64,000 nt of DNA from the UHGV virus genome UHGV-0468246; one strand, given 5' to 3'. Source of the DNA: a virus. The position numbers and the translations under genes were made by a program. Below are positions 27,966 to 37,313 of this stretch, one piece after another. The notes beneath the pieces are model-generated. The model saw only the letters and a program-made list of their open reading frames with translations, had not been told where the DNA came from and searched no databases. Positions within the stretch are counted from its first letter, which is position 1. Each line of letters starts with the position of its first letter.

Positions 27966-28538
27966 CTAGCGCCCCCACCAAGGCAGGGCCTTCTCGTAGG
28001 AGCGGAAGAAGGGCCATCCCAGAGAGGCGTAGGGGGTGGATGCCCAGTCGATGAGCGCGATGGTGTTGTGCGCCGCGCTCATGTCCTGAAGGACGGTGGA
28101 CAGCTTCTTGCCCGCCTCCTTCAGCTGGTTCTGGTAGTCGGTCAGCACGGACTGCCAGCGGTTGAGGTAGTCGCGGCGCACCACGTCCGGCGCGCCGACG
28201 CGGGACGTGTCCGGTATCTCGACGTAGCCGATTATGTACTGGCGTATTATCTCGATCTTCAAGGCGACCTCGAACGCCGCCGACAGGAATGGAACCGCCC
28301 ACGGGAACGACTGCATGTCCCAGTTCGCGCTGGGGTGCATGCAGTACGTCATGAGGGTGCCGAGCGCCGCCGGGACGAGCGCAGCGTCAGCGTCGATGCT
28401 GTACGGCGTTACCTCTTCCAGAAACGGCCCCCAGTCGTTGTTGTCGAACTGCATGGTGAAGTAGGCGGCGACGTTGCGCACCGCCGACTGCGCGCCCTCC
28501 GGCAGGTCTGCGAACTTTATGCTTCCCTCTATCTCCAT
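27966..28538 (-). CDS. hypothetical head-tail joining region protein (190 aa)
   Basis: Protein-like ORF in the head-completion region. Confidence 0.4.
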   Translation of the reverse strand: MEIEGSIKFADLPEGAQSAVRNVAAYFTMQFDNNDWGPFLEEVTPYSIDADAALVPAALGTLMTYCMHPSANWDMQSFPWAVPFLSAAFEVALKIEIIRQYIIGYVEIPDTSRVGAPDVVRRDYLNRWQSVLTDYQNQLKEAGKKLSTVLQDMSAAHNTIALIDWASTPYASLGWPFFRSYEKALPWWGR

Positions 28539-28568
28539 GGTGCAGGCTCCTTCCCGCCGCGCCCAGAA

Positions 28569-29150
28569 CTACTCGTTGTCGAACACGGGACGCGCGTCTG
28601 CGGGCGCGAGGGGCGACGTGGCGGCCTCTGCGGGCTTGGAAGCGTCCGAACCCTCTCCTTCTGCGTTCCCCGCCTCTGCGGGCTTCACAGGTGCCTCTGC
28701 GGGCTTCTTGGCGGCCTTCTCGTCGGCCTTCTTCGCCGCCGCGCCGGTCTTCGTCCACTTCCCGTCGATCAGCTCGTAGTCGTCGGGGTTCTCGTCCTTG
28801 TGGCGACCGCAGAAGCGCGGAGCGTCCTCGTACCTCTCGCCCTCCGCGAGCTGCACGACGGCGTTGCACGGGTTGCCGTTCTTGAACACTCCGGGGCAGT
28901 GCACGGTGGTAAGAACCTCGGTGTCGCCCGCGTCGATGAGGTCGGCGACGGTCTCCTGCTCCTTCGCGGCCTTCGGCTTCTCGCCGTCCACGATCTCGAC
29001 GTAGCCGAGCGACACGAGCGTTCTGATCGCAGTGTCGTCCTCCTTCGCGTCGATCAGCGCCACGGTCTCGCCGGGTGCGATCTGGCGCTGGCGCTTGCCG
29101 TCGTTGTAGGCGAAGTTCTGGAATGTCTTGGACACGTTCTTCAAAAACAT
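28569..29150 (-). CDS. hypothetical protein (194 aa, Lys/Ala/Glu-rich C-terminus)
   Basis: Internal ATG giving MFLKNV, with AAGGAG RBS. It is preceded by a TAGACT -10 and the palindromic motif. Confidence 0.45.
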   Translation of the reverse strand: MFLKNVSKTFQNFAYNDGKRQRQIAPGETVALIDAKEDDTAIRTLVSLGYVEIVDGEKPKAAKEQETVADLIDAGDTEVLTTVHCPGVFKNGNPCNAVVQLAEGERYEDAPRFCGRHKDENPDDYELIDGKWTKTGAAAKKADEKAAKKPAEAPVKPAEAGNAEGEGSDASKPAEAATSPLAPADARPVFDNE

Positions 29151-29231
29151 GGCTTTCTCCTTACTTGCGGGTTGACTTTCCCTTGGTTGCAAAGTCTACC
29201 TCAAAACGGGAAGACGTGCGACATGCGCGGT

Positions 29232-29249
29232 GTCGATTAAATAATCGAG
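29232..29249. promoter_or_regulatory. near-palindromic motif GTCGATTAAATAATCGAG (copy 2)
   Basis: Read directly. On the minus strand it lies about 33 nt upstream of a TAGACT -10 and about 80 nt upstream of the ATG at 29150. Confidence 0.45.
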
Positions 29250-29266
29250 GCCCTTGACAGGCCGTG

Positions 29267-29275
29267 CCCCCCCCC
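29267..29275. repeat. homopolymeric tract C9 in the intergenic promoter region between the capsid terminator and the palindromic motif
   Basis: Read directly. It is the only run of 8 or more C or G outside the collar array. Confidence 0.8.
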
Positions 29276-29330
29276 ATAACGGTTCCTTCGGGCGGCCAGA
29301 TCAACATAGTCAGGCTCCCGACACCGGCGT

Positions 29331-29361
29331 AAAAAAAAAGAACCCCTCTCGCGAGGGGTTC
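29331..29361 (-). terminator. rho-independent terminator downstream of the major capsid gene
   Basis: On the minus strand, the hairpin GAACCCCTCGCGAGAGGGGTTC is followed by T9. Confidence 0.6.
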
Positions 29362-29375
29362 TTCTCTTGCTGCGG

Positions 29376-30329
29376 TTAAGCTCCATTCAAGTCCATGCGG
29401 ACGACACCGTAGGAGTTGGCGATGATCTCGTTGATGAGTTCGCTGTACACCCAGCCGATGGTGAAGTTCTCGGCCTTGGGGTTGTCCACGCCGTCGAGCT
29501 GCTTCAGAATCGGCATCCAGCCAAGATACTCCGGCTCCGGAACGAGGTAAATCTTGTTCATCGGGCAGATGATCGAGGTCATGATGGAGAAGCGGCCCAT
29601 CTTGGTGATCGGCTTGCCGTCCATCACGTCGTCGAGGAACTTAACGCCCGTGGTGTCGAGCTTCCACTTGTACAGGTCGTTCGCCGTCGCCGGGTTCATG
29701 ATGACGCGGTTGGACTGCAAGCGGTTCTGGATGGCGATCTTCTCGGCATCGTAGAACGCGCCGGGGTTGATCTCGCCGGTGACCGTGGTCACATGCGAGG
29801 TGAGGCCCGCCCAGTCCGGGTTTTCGGAGGTGATCTTGGACACGGCAGCGTCGAGCGAGGAGAACAGGTAGCCGTCCTCCTGCTCCATGATGCGCTGCTC
29901 GGCCTCGCCCTTGGCGTAGTCCACCATGTTGATGGCGAGCTTGTAGATGTCCTCCTCGGCGATCTGGGGGAACGCCGCGATGCGGATGACCTCGTAGCGT
30001 ACGCGGTTGCCCTCGTACTGCGCGATCTTCACTTCGTTGTCGTGCGGTTGCAGCTTGTAGGCCGCGCCGAACTCGGTGGTGATGTCGTAGAACAGGCCAG
30101 CGCCCTGCGGCAGCGGGTCTTCCATCAGAACGGAGCGCACGATGCCCTCGTAGCGGAGACGCATGATGATCGGGCCTACCACGCCCTGCGCGACCTTGGT
30201 GGACGCGAGACGCATGTCGTGGCGGTTGTCCGTCAGAATCTTGTTGAGCGCCGCCTGACGCTTCGCGGGGGACGACGGGTTCGCACCCATCTCCGCGACG
30301 ATCTCGGCGGAAGTCTTAGGCATTGCCAT
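29376..30329 (-). CDS. major capsid protein (putative)
   Basis: 317 aa. Lies after the scaffold and decoration-like genes and is followed by a strong terminator. Confidence 0.5.
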   Translation of the reverse strand: MAMPKTSAEIVAEMGANPSSPAKRQAALNKILTDNRHDMRLASTKVAQGVVGPIIMRLRYEGIVRSVLMEDPLPQGAGLFYDITTEFGAAYKLQPHDNEVKIAQYEGNRVRYEVIRIAAFPQIAEEDIYKLAINMVDYAKGEAEQRIMEQEDGYLFSSLDAAVSKITSENPDWAGLTSHVTTVTGEINPGAFYDAEKIAIQNRLQSNRVIMNPATANDLYKWKLDTTGVKFLDDVMDGKPITKMGRFSIMTSIICPMNKIYLVPEPEYLGWMPILKQLDGVDNPKAENFTIGWVYSELINEIIANSYGVVRMDLNGA

Positions 30330-30353
30330 TTCTCTGCACCTTCCCTTCTTGTC

Positions 30354-30863
30354 TTAGCGGGCGAACGTGACGATGAGGGTGGAACCCTCCATGCCGAGCA
30401 GTTCGCAGATGGTGTTCTCGGTCTTGGTCTGCGGCGCGGTTTCGAGCGTGAGCAGGCCCTTGGCGTTGGACTTCAGGTAGACGTTCTTGCCAGCCTTCAG
30501 GTTGGCGATCTGCGCCGTCCAACCAGCGCCCGTGTCGTACGCCGGGGGATAGATGGCGAACTGGCTGTCTTCGCCGCCGACCCACACGCCCATCAGGTTG
30601 AGGCCGTTTTCGCGCACCTCGTCGATGTTCATGCCGGGAGCGCAGAAGCTGTCTGCGAGGCCGTAAGGGGCCTTCGTGCCGTCGCACAGGGTCACAACGC
30701 CGTTGCCGAGATAGGACATGACGCAGCCGGGGAGGATGTCTCCGGATGCGGCGGTGAACGTCGGGTCGAGCGTCATGGACTGGTTGGTGGCTTGGGTCTT
30801 CGCGTACAGCGGCTTGATGGTGCGGTGCTGCAAGGGGTTGTTGGCAGGAACCATGAGTGCCAT
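30354..30863 (-). CDS. head decoration-like protein (169 aa), paralog of the N-terminal part of 36402..37313
   Basis: Real start MALMVPANNPLQHRTIKPLYAKTQAT with AAGGAG RBS. The track ORF is N-extended with Arg-rich junk. Confidence 0.4.
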   Translation of the reverse strand: MALMVPANNPLQHRTIKPLYAKTQATNQSMTLDPTFTAASGDILPGCVMSYLGNGVVTLCDGTKAPYGLADSFCAPGMNIDEVRENGLNLMGVWVGGEDSQFAIYPPAYDTGAGWTAQIANLKAGKNVYLKSNAKGLLTLETAPQTKTENTICELLGMEGSTLIVTFAR

Positions 30864-30886
30864 AGTAACCACTCCTTTCTTTCGTC

Positions 30887-31834
30887 TTAGTAGAGCGCAC
30901 CGAGTTCGGTGCGGGTTGCGGATACGGCCTTGCTCGCGGTCTTCGCCGCGACGTGTCGGGCCGGTGCGACACCGGCGACGCGCTGGGCGCTGCCCACGGC
31001 GCGCAGCTTCTCGGTCGCCAGCTTCATGGCCTCGACGGAGTAGCGGTTGGCGTACTCCTCGCACACGGCGGCATCGCGCACCGTCGGGGCGAGGACACCT
31101 GCGGCCTTCTCGACCTTCACGAGGTCGAGCGCGGCGCAGAACGTCGCCTTGGCGGCCTCCACGGACGCGGGCGGCTTAACGCCCTCGCCGTTGTCCTTGG
31201 TGGTGCCGTCGGGGGCGATGGACTTCTCTTCGAGGTCGTCGGAAACGGCGACCTCGGTTGCCGTGTCCTTCTGCGGAAGATCGGGGGCCTCTGCGGTGTC
31301 CTTCACGAGGTCGTCGGAGATTTCGCCGTCGGCGGTCTCCGCCTTCTTGCCGCGAGAGGCCACGCGCGCCCTGCGCGCCAGCTTCTTCTTCGACGCGCTG
31401 CGCTTGACAGCCGCTTCCACGGCATCCTCCACAGCGTCCTCGATGATCTCGGCCAGCTCCTCCTCCGGCAGCGCTGCGGCTTCCGGTATCGCATCGACGA
31501 TGGCCTGCACGGCCTCGTCGGAAACGGCATCGGCAACGTCGTCTGCCACGTCCTCTTCCTCGTCATCCACGATGCGCTCGATCTCCTCGGCGTGCTCGTC
31601 CTGCGCGATCTTGTAGGCGCGGCGCTTCAGCTTGCGGGCGAATCGCTTTGCCTCCTTGTCGTCGTCGGTCACGTCCTTGGTCTCGGTCTCCGTGACTTCC
31701 TTGGTCTCGTCGTAATCCTCTTGGGAAGTCTTGGCCGTGGGGCGAGCGGACTTGGGCATGGCGGATGCGTTCTTGCGCTTGGCAGCGATGGAGGCCAGCA
31801 TAGACCTGCGCTGCTCTGCATTGAGCTTACCCAT
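30887..31834 (-). CDS. scaffolding protein (putative)
   Basis: About 315 aa from MGKLNAEQ. Very acidic, Ala/Glu/Asp/Lys-rich and likely helical. Lies immediately upstream of the decoration and capsid genes. Confidence 0.45.
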   Translation of the reverse strand: MGKLNAEQRRSMLASIAAKRKNASAMPKSARPTAKTSQEDYDETKEVTETETKDVTDDDKEAKRFARKLKRRAYKIAQDEHAEEIERIVDDEEEDVADDVADAVSDEAVQAIVDAIPEAAALPEEELAEIIEDAVEDAVEAAVKRSASKKKLARRARVASRGKKAETADGEISDDLVKDTAEAPDLPQKDTATEVAVSDDLEEKSIAPDGTTKDNGEGVKPPASVEAAKATFCAALDLVKVEKAAGVLAPTVRDAAVCEEYANRYSVEAMKLATEKLRAVGSAQRVAGVAPARHVAAKTASKAVSATRTELGALY

Positions 31835-31928
31835 GTAACGCTCCTTTCGTGAAACTAGTGTCTCCTGAACGTGCACGCATGGTGCACGGCTCCATTTTGA
31901 CACATACAGAAAATCGCGCAACATAGAA

Positions 31929-31952
31929 AGCGCCCCTCCGAAGAGGGGCGCT
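31929..31952 (-). terminator. stem-loop (AGCGCCCCTC cgaa GAGGGGCGCT), putative terminator or attenuator, followed by a promoter-like region with GTGCAC...GTGCAC inverted repeat
   Basis: A perfect 10-bp stem read directly. The downstream T-run on the minus strand is weak (CTTTCTATGTT). Confidence 0.35.
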
Positions 31953-32014
31953 GCCGGTCTACCACTGGCCGTTCGGCTTATCAGGCTCGTTTCAACCCAC
32001 GTCCTCACGGGCGA

Positions 32015-32263
32015 CTAATCGTAGAAGTACAGTATGCTGCTGTCGTCGGTCACCATCGACGGGCTTACGCCGCCCCTATCGACGAACGGGTCGAGCACGG
32101 GCGTTGTGAACACCGCGTCGCCCTTCACGAAGTAATGCTCGCCGTCGGCGTAGAACGTGTCGTCCCACCTCGTCGATTCGAGCGCGCGGACGAACGCGTT
32201 GTCCGCCGGGGTGCTCCTGTCCCAAGCATCACGCAGAAAATTGTAAAGTTCAAGGCTCGTCAT
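32015..32263 (-). CDS. hypothetical small protein (82 aa)
   Basis: Protein-like composition, tightly packed. Confidence 0.4.
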   Translation of the reverse strand: MTSLELYNFLRDAWDRSTPADNAFVRALESTRWDDTFYADGEHYFVKGDAVFTTPVLDPFVDRGGVSPSMVTDDSSILYFYD

Positions 32264-32275
32264 CGCAAGACCTCC

Positions 32276-34678
32276 CTATGCACCCAATGCCGCATTGGAG
32301 CCGGTGCGCCTGCCGACCTCCTCGGTTACGGCGCTCTTCGCGCCCTCCAACGTGTCCTCGTCGCCCTCGGCCATCTTCTCGCCGGACGCGCCGCCGCTCG
32401 TCATGTCGATCAGCTCCCAGTGGTACTTTCCGGGCGTGGAGTAGTCGTAATCGACCTCCATCTCGTACGGGTGCTCGAACTTGGCCCACACGCCGTCCTC
32501 CTCTTCCCAGCCGTCGTCGGCGGTCTTCGCGGAGGCCGTGCGGCCCAGAGCGTCGTCGATGGCGGCCTGCGCGCTCGGGAAGTAGCCTTGGCGCGGATAG
32601 CCCTTCACGCCCACGTCTTCGGTGACCCAGTACCAGTTGTAGGTTCCGTCCGCCTCGACTTCGGCGTTCACGATCTTGCCGTCGCCCGTGAAGCGCCACG
32701 GACTGCCGAGAGCGCCGCCGCCCATGGTCTCGAACTTCGTCCAGCCGTCGGGCGCGGGCGTTGAGCGCCCGGTGTCGTGCCCGTCGCTCGCCGCCGTCTT
32801 GGCGGGGAGGCGCTGGGCGTTCTGCGCCAGCCACTCGTCCGCGAGCTTCGCGCAGTACTCCATGGCAGGCTCGATCATGCAGAAGCCGTCCTCCGGGTTG
32901 TCGTACTTCGCCAGCAGCTGGTCGTACGGCATGCTCTCGACCTCGGCGTAGGGCAGGCCGTCGATTGAGACGGTCTTGACGCGGGCGATCTCCAAGCTCG
33001 GCTCGTACGCGCCGTCCAGCGTTCCGTCGTAATAGGCGTAGCAGCCCTTCGCGTCGTAGTAGAGGTTTCCGGGAAGGTTCGTCCAGCCAGCCCACGACAC
33101 GTTGACGGTGGAGCCATCGCTTCCGACGTACTTGTACCAGTAGTCTTCGCCCGCATGCTCCCATCCTCCCATCTGCGCGGCCTTTTCAGCCGTGGTGACG
33201 CGCACGGTCTTGGGAGGCGCTGCGGAAACGACCTCGTTGTACGTCATCTTCTCGAACCGCTCCGCCTGACGCAGGGCGTAGTCCATGTTCGGCATCATGC
33301 CGAACTCGTGCACCTGCCCCTTGTCGGAGATGACGGTGAGCTGCGGCTTGGAACCGATCTGCTGTTGGACGACACCGATGGTAGCCCTCTTGTCCTTCGT
33401 CTGGCCTTCGTAGAAGGCGTAGAACGGCAGCTCCTCGTCATGGTAGCTCACCTCCGGGGCGAGGCCGCCGCTGGCCGTCTTGCGGGAGCCGACGGAAGAC
33501 CTGACGGAAACGTCGATGTCCTTCCCGTCGTTGTACTCCCTATCGAAGGAGACCGTGTATTCGTCCCAAATGGAAAAGTCGTCGAAAGGCGTTTCCTTGC
33601 CGGAGACCATCTGGGATATTTTGCGCGTCATCTCGCCGTCAAGCTCAACGTCGCTCCGCATGTGCACGTTGATGCCGTCAAACACCTGCCCGTAATTGAA
33701 CTCGGACGACACCTTCCTCGATGCCGTGCGGCGCGCGGAGCGCTTGCGCCCTGCGGAGCGAACGGCCCTGTTCTCGGCGCTCTTCTTCTCCATGTCGTCG
33801 TCCTTTCCCTCGGTCTCCCGCTCGACCTCTCCGATGCCTTCGTTGAACTCGTCCTCCTCGGACGGGTCGAGGTCGATGAGCAGCTTGTGAAGCTCTCCGG
33901 CGTGCTCCTTCTCCTCGTCGCGTATGTCCTCCAAGCCCTTGCGCACGGGGTCGCCCTCGGGCAGGAGGTCGATGTAGGCGCTGTACATCAGGATAGCGTC
34001 GTTCTCCGCCTTCATGTTGTCGCGGATGGCGCGCTTCTTCAGCTCCTCCTCCGAAAGCTCCTTGGGGTCAACCGGCATCTGCTGCGCGGTCTTCCCCTCC
34101 TTCCATTCGCCCTCGATGCCGTCGGCTTCGAGCTTCGCCACGACGGCATCGTACAGCTCGCCGCCGAGCGCGTCTTGGACGATCTGCCAGTAGCGGTTGT
34201 CGTGCTCCTCCATGGCGGTGCCGTGGTCGTATCCGGCCAAGTCCCCCGCCACGAGCCAGTCAACGACGGCCTGAACCGTGCGGTCGTCCGGCATGGACGC
34301 GCTCTTGGGCATCCTGCCGCTCCCTGAGACCTCCTGAAGCTCCTCGCCGTACTCTGGGAGGGTTATGGTCGTATCGCCCGTCAGATCGGCTCCTGCGGCC
34401 TCGGAGGCGGCGTTGCGCCCCATGCACAGGGGCAGCTTGCCGCTGCCCTCGATCAGCTTGCAGAACTCGCGGGCCTCGTCCTCGTCAGCGCACACCTTGA
34501 AGCGCGCGGCCTCGTTCGGCCTGTCCTTCTCGAAGACACCCGCCCAAACCGTGTCGCCGGTCTTGTCGATGGAGTAGTTGAACGCCTCGCCGCACGATGT
34601 CAGCACGCGGGGCATCTCCTCCTTCCACCGCAGGGCGGTCTTCGTGCCCTGCTCGATTATTTTATCGGGTGTGCCCAT
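32276..34678 (-). CDS. large multi-domain protein (800 aa) with ferritin/rubrerythrin-like EE..H segment
   Basis: The segment AILMYSAYIDLL...DIRDEEKEHAGELHKLL resembles a diiron-helix motif. Contains the embedded motif variant encoding DKIIE near the N-terminus. Acidic. Confidence 0.45.
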   Translation of the reverse strand: MGTPDKIIEQGTKTALRWKEEMPRVLTSCGEAFNYSIDKTGDTVWAGVFEKDRPNEAARFKVCADEDEAREFCKLIEGSGKLPLCMGRNAASEAAGADLTGDTTITLPEYGEELQEVSGSGRMPKSASMPDDRTVQAVVDWLVAGDLAGYDHGTAMEEHDNRYWQIVQDALGGELYDAVVAKLEADGIEGEWKEGKTAQQMPVDPKELSEEELKKRAIRDNMKAENDAILMYSAYIDLLPEGDPVRKGLEDIRDEEKEHAGELHKLLIDLDPSEEDEFNEGIGEVERETEGKDDDMEKKSAENRAVRSAGRKRSARRTASRKVSSEFNYGQVFDGINVHMRSDVELDGEMTRKISQMVSGKETPFDDFSIWDEYTVSFDREYNDGKDIDVSVRSSVGSRKTASGGLAPEVSYHDEELPFYAFYEGQTKDKRATIGVVQQQIGSKPQLTVISDKGQVHEFGMMPNMDYALRQAERFEKMTYNEVVSAAPPKTVRVTTAEKAAQMGGWEHAGEDYWYKYVGSDGSTVNVSWAGWTNLPGNLYYDAKGCYAYYDGTLDGAYEPSLEIARVKTVSIDGLPYAEVESMPYDQLLAKYDNPEDGFCMIEPAMEYCAKLADEWLAQNAQRLPAKTAASDGHDTGRSTPAPDGWTKFETMGGGALGSPWRFTGDGKIVNAEVEADGTYNWYWVTEDVGVKGYPRQGYFPSAQAAIDDALGRTASAKTADDGWEEEDGVWAKFEHPYEMEVDYDYSTPGKYHWELIDMTSGGASGEKMAEGDEDTLEGAKSAVTEEVGRRTGSNAALGA

Positions 34679-34735
34679 CGCACTTTTCCTTCCAACGTCC
34701 GAGGGAGGGCGCTCGCCCTCCCTTTGATTTCCGAT

Positions 34736-36391
34736 CTAGCGCACATGCTCCCATTCGGGGTCGTAGGCGAACGGGATGTCGTACCACACGTCGCCGTCGA
34801 TCTCGTCTACGAACGTGGTGACTTGGTTCTTGTACTCATAGCCGTCGATCAGCGTCTCCGTCTCCGGGGTCTTGCGCAGGTACAGGTCGGAGTTCCAGTG
34901 GTCGATATCGCTGTCCGGGATGTTCACGGTCTGCTCGTACAGGCTCTGGGCCTTCTTCACGCTCGCGGTCATGGCTGCGGCCTTCCTCTTGGGGTTCTTC
35001 CTGCCGCCCATCTTACCACAAGTCTTAACTTTTGTCTTAACTTTTCCCTCAACTTTTTCTTTTACACTTTCGGCGGCCTTGATGTTCCTCTCGGCCAGCG
35101 CCACCAGCATGCGGTCGTGGATGTCGCACGCGAGCTTCGAGCGCGATGCCACGCGGAAGGCGAAGCCGTTTTCGATGGTGTACCCGTCGTTGATAACGAT
35201 GTCGCGGCCGAAGCCCTCGTAGTCGAAGTACATCTCCTTCTCGTCGTCGCTGATGCCGTCGAAGCCAAGCTCATCGACGATGCGGTACCCCAAGTCGCGC
35301 TCGTCGTACACGTCGCTCCAATAGTCAACGTCGTCGATGTGCTCGGCGACGTATTCAAGGCTTTCGTAGTCGAGCAGCGCGTCGAGCAGATCGTCGTCGA
35401 GGTCTGCGTCCTCTATGGCCTCCACCCACTCGTTCACGCTGTATATGTCGTCGTACTCGCCGACGCTGCTGCCAAGCCCGTCGGTGTCGGCGATCATTAC
35501 CTCTTCGTAGAACTCGCCGTCGGGGCCGGTCTGCGCGCGCTCTATCGCCTCGTCTATCTCGCTGTCGCTCGCGGGGAGGGACAGCCAGTCGCCGTTGGTC
35601 GGGTTGGACACAGCGCCTATGAAGATCGCAACGTCGCCGCCGAACGCGACCTTGCGCGCCGCCCAAGCCTTGTAGCGCGCCTCCTTGGTCTTCAGGCGCG
35701 GCTTGCGGTTGCCAACGTGCTTGGCGGACTTCACGGCCTCCGCCTTGTACTCCGCGTAGGCCTTCTTCTCCGTCAGCTTCGCGCAAGCGATCAGGCCGAC
35801 GGTGCAGCCCATGCCAGCGAGGTGGTGGCGCACGTCGTCGTCGATCTTGCGGGCCATATGGCGCTCGGCCATGCGGGATGCCACCCATTCCGCCTTGGCG
35901 ATCTCCCCTGCGGGCACGCCGTCGGGGTCTCCGTCCATGAGGTCGTCAGCCGCGTCGGTAAGCTCGTCGATGTCCTGCGCGACCCTGAACGCGGCGCTCT
36001 CCTTCTCGTGCGCCTTCAGGTGCTCTTCCAAAGCGTCGTCGGCATCGTTCTTGGCATCCTCGATGCTGTCGGAATGCCCGCTGTCCACGGTGCGGTCGTC
36101 GGTGTCCAGCACGTCCCAGCGGTAGCGCTTCTCGCCGCCGTCGTCCCACTTGACGGTCGCCTGATAGCCGCCGTCGTGCTTGCGCCACGTGGTGTCCTTC
36201 TCGTCCGGGTTCCCCTCGTTGTCTGCCTTCCATTCAGCGGCCATCTTGCGGCCTCCTTCCATGCGCTTCAGGCGCTTCAGCTCGTCTCGCTGGTGGTCTG
36301 TCTCGTCGTAGTCGTAAGGCAGCGCGAAGTCCGTCACGCAGTCGCCGTCGCCCTCGCGAGCCTTGCGGCTCATACCCTTAACAAGCTCCAT
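34736..36391 (-). CDS. large acidic protein with ArdA-like antirestriction segment
   Basis: About 551 aa from MELVKG with AAGGAG RBS. The segment MYFDYEGFGRDIVINDGYTIENGFAF closely resembles the conserved ArdA block (YIDYQAYGRDL...HGIFE of Tn916 ArdA, as I recall it). Confidence 0.45.
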   Translation of the reverse strand: MELVKGMSRKAREGDGDCVTDFALPYDYDETDHQRDELKRLKRMEGGRKMAAEWKADNEGNPDEKDTTWRKHDGGYQATVKWDDGGEKRYRWDVLDTDDRTVDSGHSDSIEDAKNDADDALEEHLKAHEKESAAFRVAQDIDELTDAADDLMDGDPDGVPAGEIAKAEWVASRMAERHMARKIDDDVRHHLAGMGCTVGLIACAKLTEKKAYAEYKAEAVKSAKHVGNRKPRLKTKEARYKAWAARKVAFGGDVAIFIGAVSNPTNGDWLSLPASDSEIDEAIERAQTGPDGEFYEEVMIADTDGLGSSVGEYDDIYSVNEWVEAIEDADLDDDLLDALLDYESLEYVAEHIDDVDYWSDVYDERDLGYRIVDELGFDGISDDEKEMYFDYEGFGRDIVINDGYTIENGFAFRVASRSKLACDIHDRMLVALAERNIKAAESVKEKVEGKVKTKVKTCGKMGGRKNPKRKAAAMTASVKKAQSLYEQTVNIPDSDIDHWNSDLYLRKTPETETLIDGYEYKNQVTTFVDEIDGDVWYDIPFAYDPEWEHVR

Positions 36392-36401
36392 CTTTCTCTC
36401 C

Positions 36402-37313
36402 TTACTCGCCGAAGACGCAGGCGGTAAAATCGAACGTGTATTCCGTGCCGTCCGTCTTGCTCTCGGCATCCTCGGCGCTCGCGTACAGCGTCGCCGTGAA
36501 CTTCTTCACATCCTTCTGAATGGCGGCGACGAGAATGATGGCTCCCGGCCCGTCGCCCGTCTGGCCGAACACAAGCGTCTTCTCGCCGCTGCCGAGCGTC
36601 TGGCGGACGAACGCGGAGCCGTCAGCCGCCTTCATCTCGAACGCGGCGTAGTAGCCCGTTCTGTCCTCCTCTGCGGCGGAGAACTCCGTCCAGTCGGGAA
36701 CGTGGTTGACGGTTCCACCGAAGACGACGTTCGTGCCTTCGACTCTCGCGGTGAGGCCGCTCGTCAGCTCGCCTAGGTTCTTACCGGCGAAGTTCGTTCC
36801 GGCGAAGTCCGTCTTCCCTATCGTCAGCGCCGCTGGCTGCGGCGGCTCCGCGACGAGGGCTTCCGGCGCTTCTGAAACGGTTATCTTCGCCTGACCGACC
36901 GACATCAGCATGCACACCGGGTTCCCGTCGCCGACCGTCAAGCGACCGTTGGCATCCGATTCGAGCAGCACGCGGCCTCCCGACTTCAACGTCGCCTCCG
37001 CCGCCTCCCAGTCAGCATCCTTGTCGATGACGGAGCGCGACACGTCCGCCATCGCCCCGCCTCCGAAGACGAGAACGCCAGCGCTGGGAACCTCCCAGAC
37101 ATTGTGCGTCCTGTACGTCGAGAACAGCCCCAAGGGGCGCTCCGCCCCGGTTGACGGCCTCACCCCGTCAGGCCCCATGCAGGCGACCATGCCCGGCATG
37201 ATGTCGTGCCTCGAAGGGTCAACGGGCCAATCTTGGAACGTCGCCTGCGTCTTCGTGAACAATGGTTTCAGGGTTCGATGCTCCTGCGTTGCGAAATTTG
37301 ACACTATAGCCAT
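36402..37313 (-). CDS. head decoration-like protein, long paralog (303 aa)
   Basis: The N-terminus MAIVSNFATQEHRTLKPLFTKTQATFQ parallels that of 30354..30863. Confidence 0.4.
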   Translation of the reverse strand: MAIVSNFATQEHRTLKPLFTKTQATFQDWPVDPSRHDIMPGMVACMGPDGVRPSTGAERPLGLFSTYRTHNVWEVPSAGVLVFGGGAMADVSRSVIDKDADWEAAEATLKSGGRVLLESDANGRLTVGDGNPVCMLMSVGQAKITVSEAPEALVAEPPQPAALTIGKTDFAGTNFAGKNLGELTSGLTARVEGTNVVFGGTVNHVPDWTEFSAAEEDRTGYYAAFEMKAADGSAFVRQTLGSGEKTLVFGQTGDGPGAIILVAAIQKDVKKFTATLYASAEDAESKTDGTEYTFDFTACVFGE

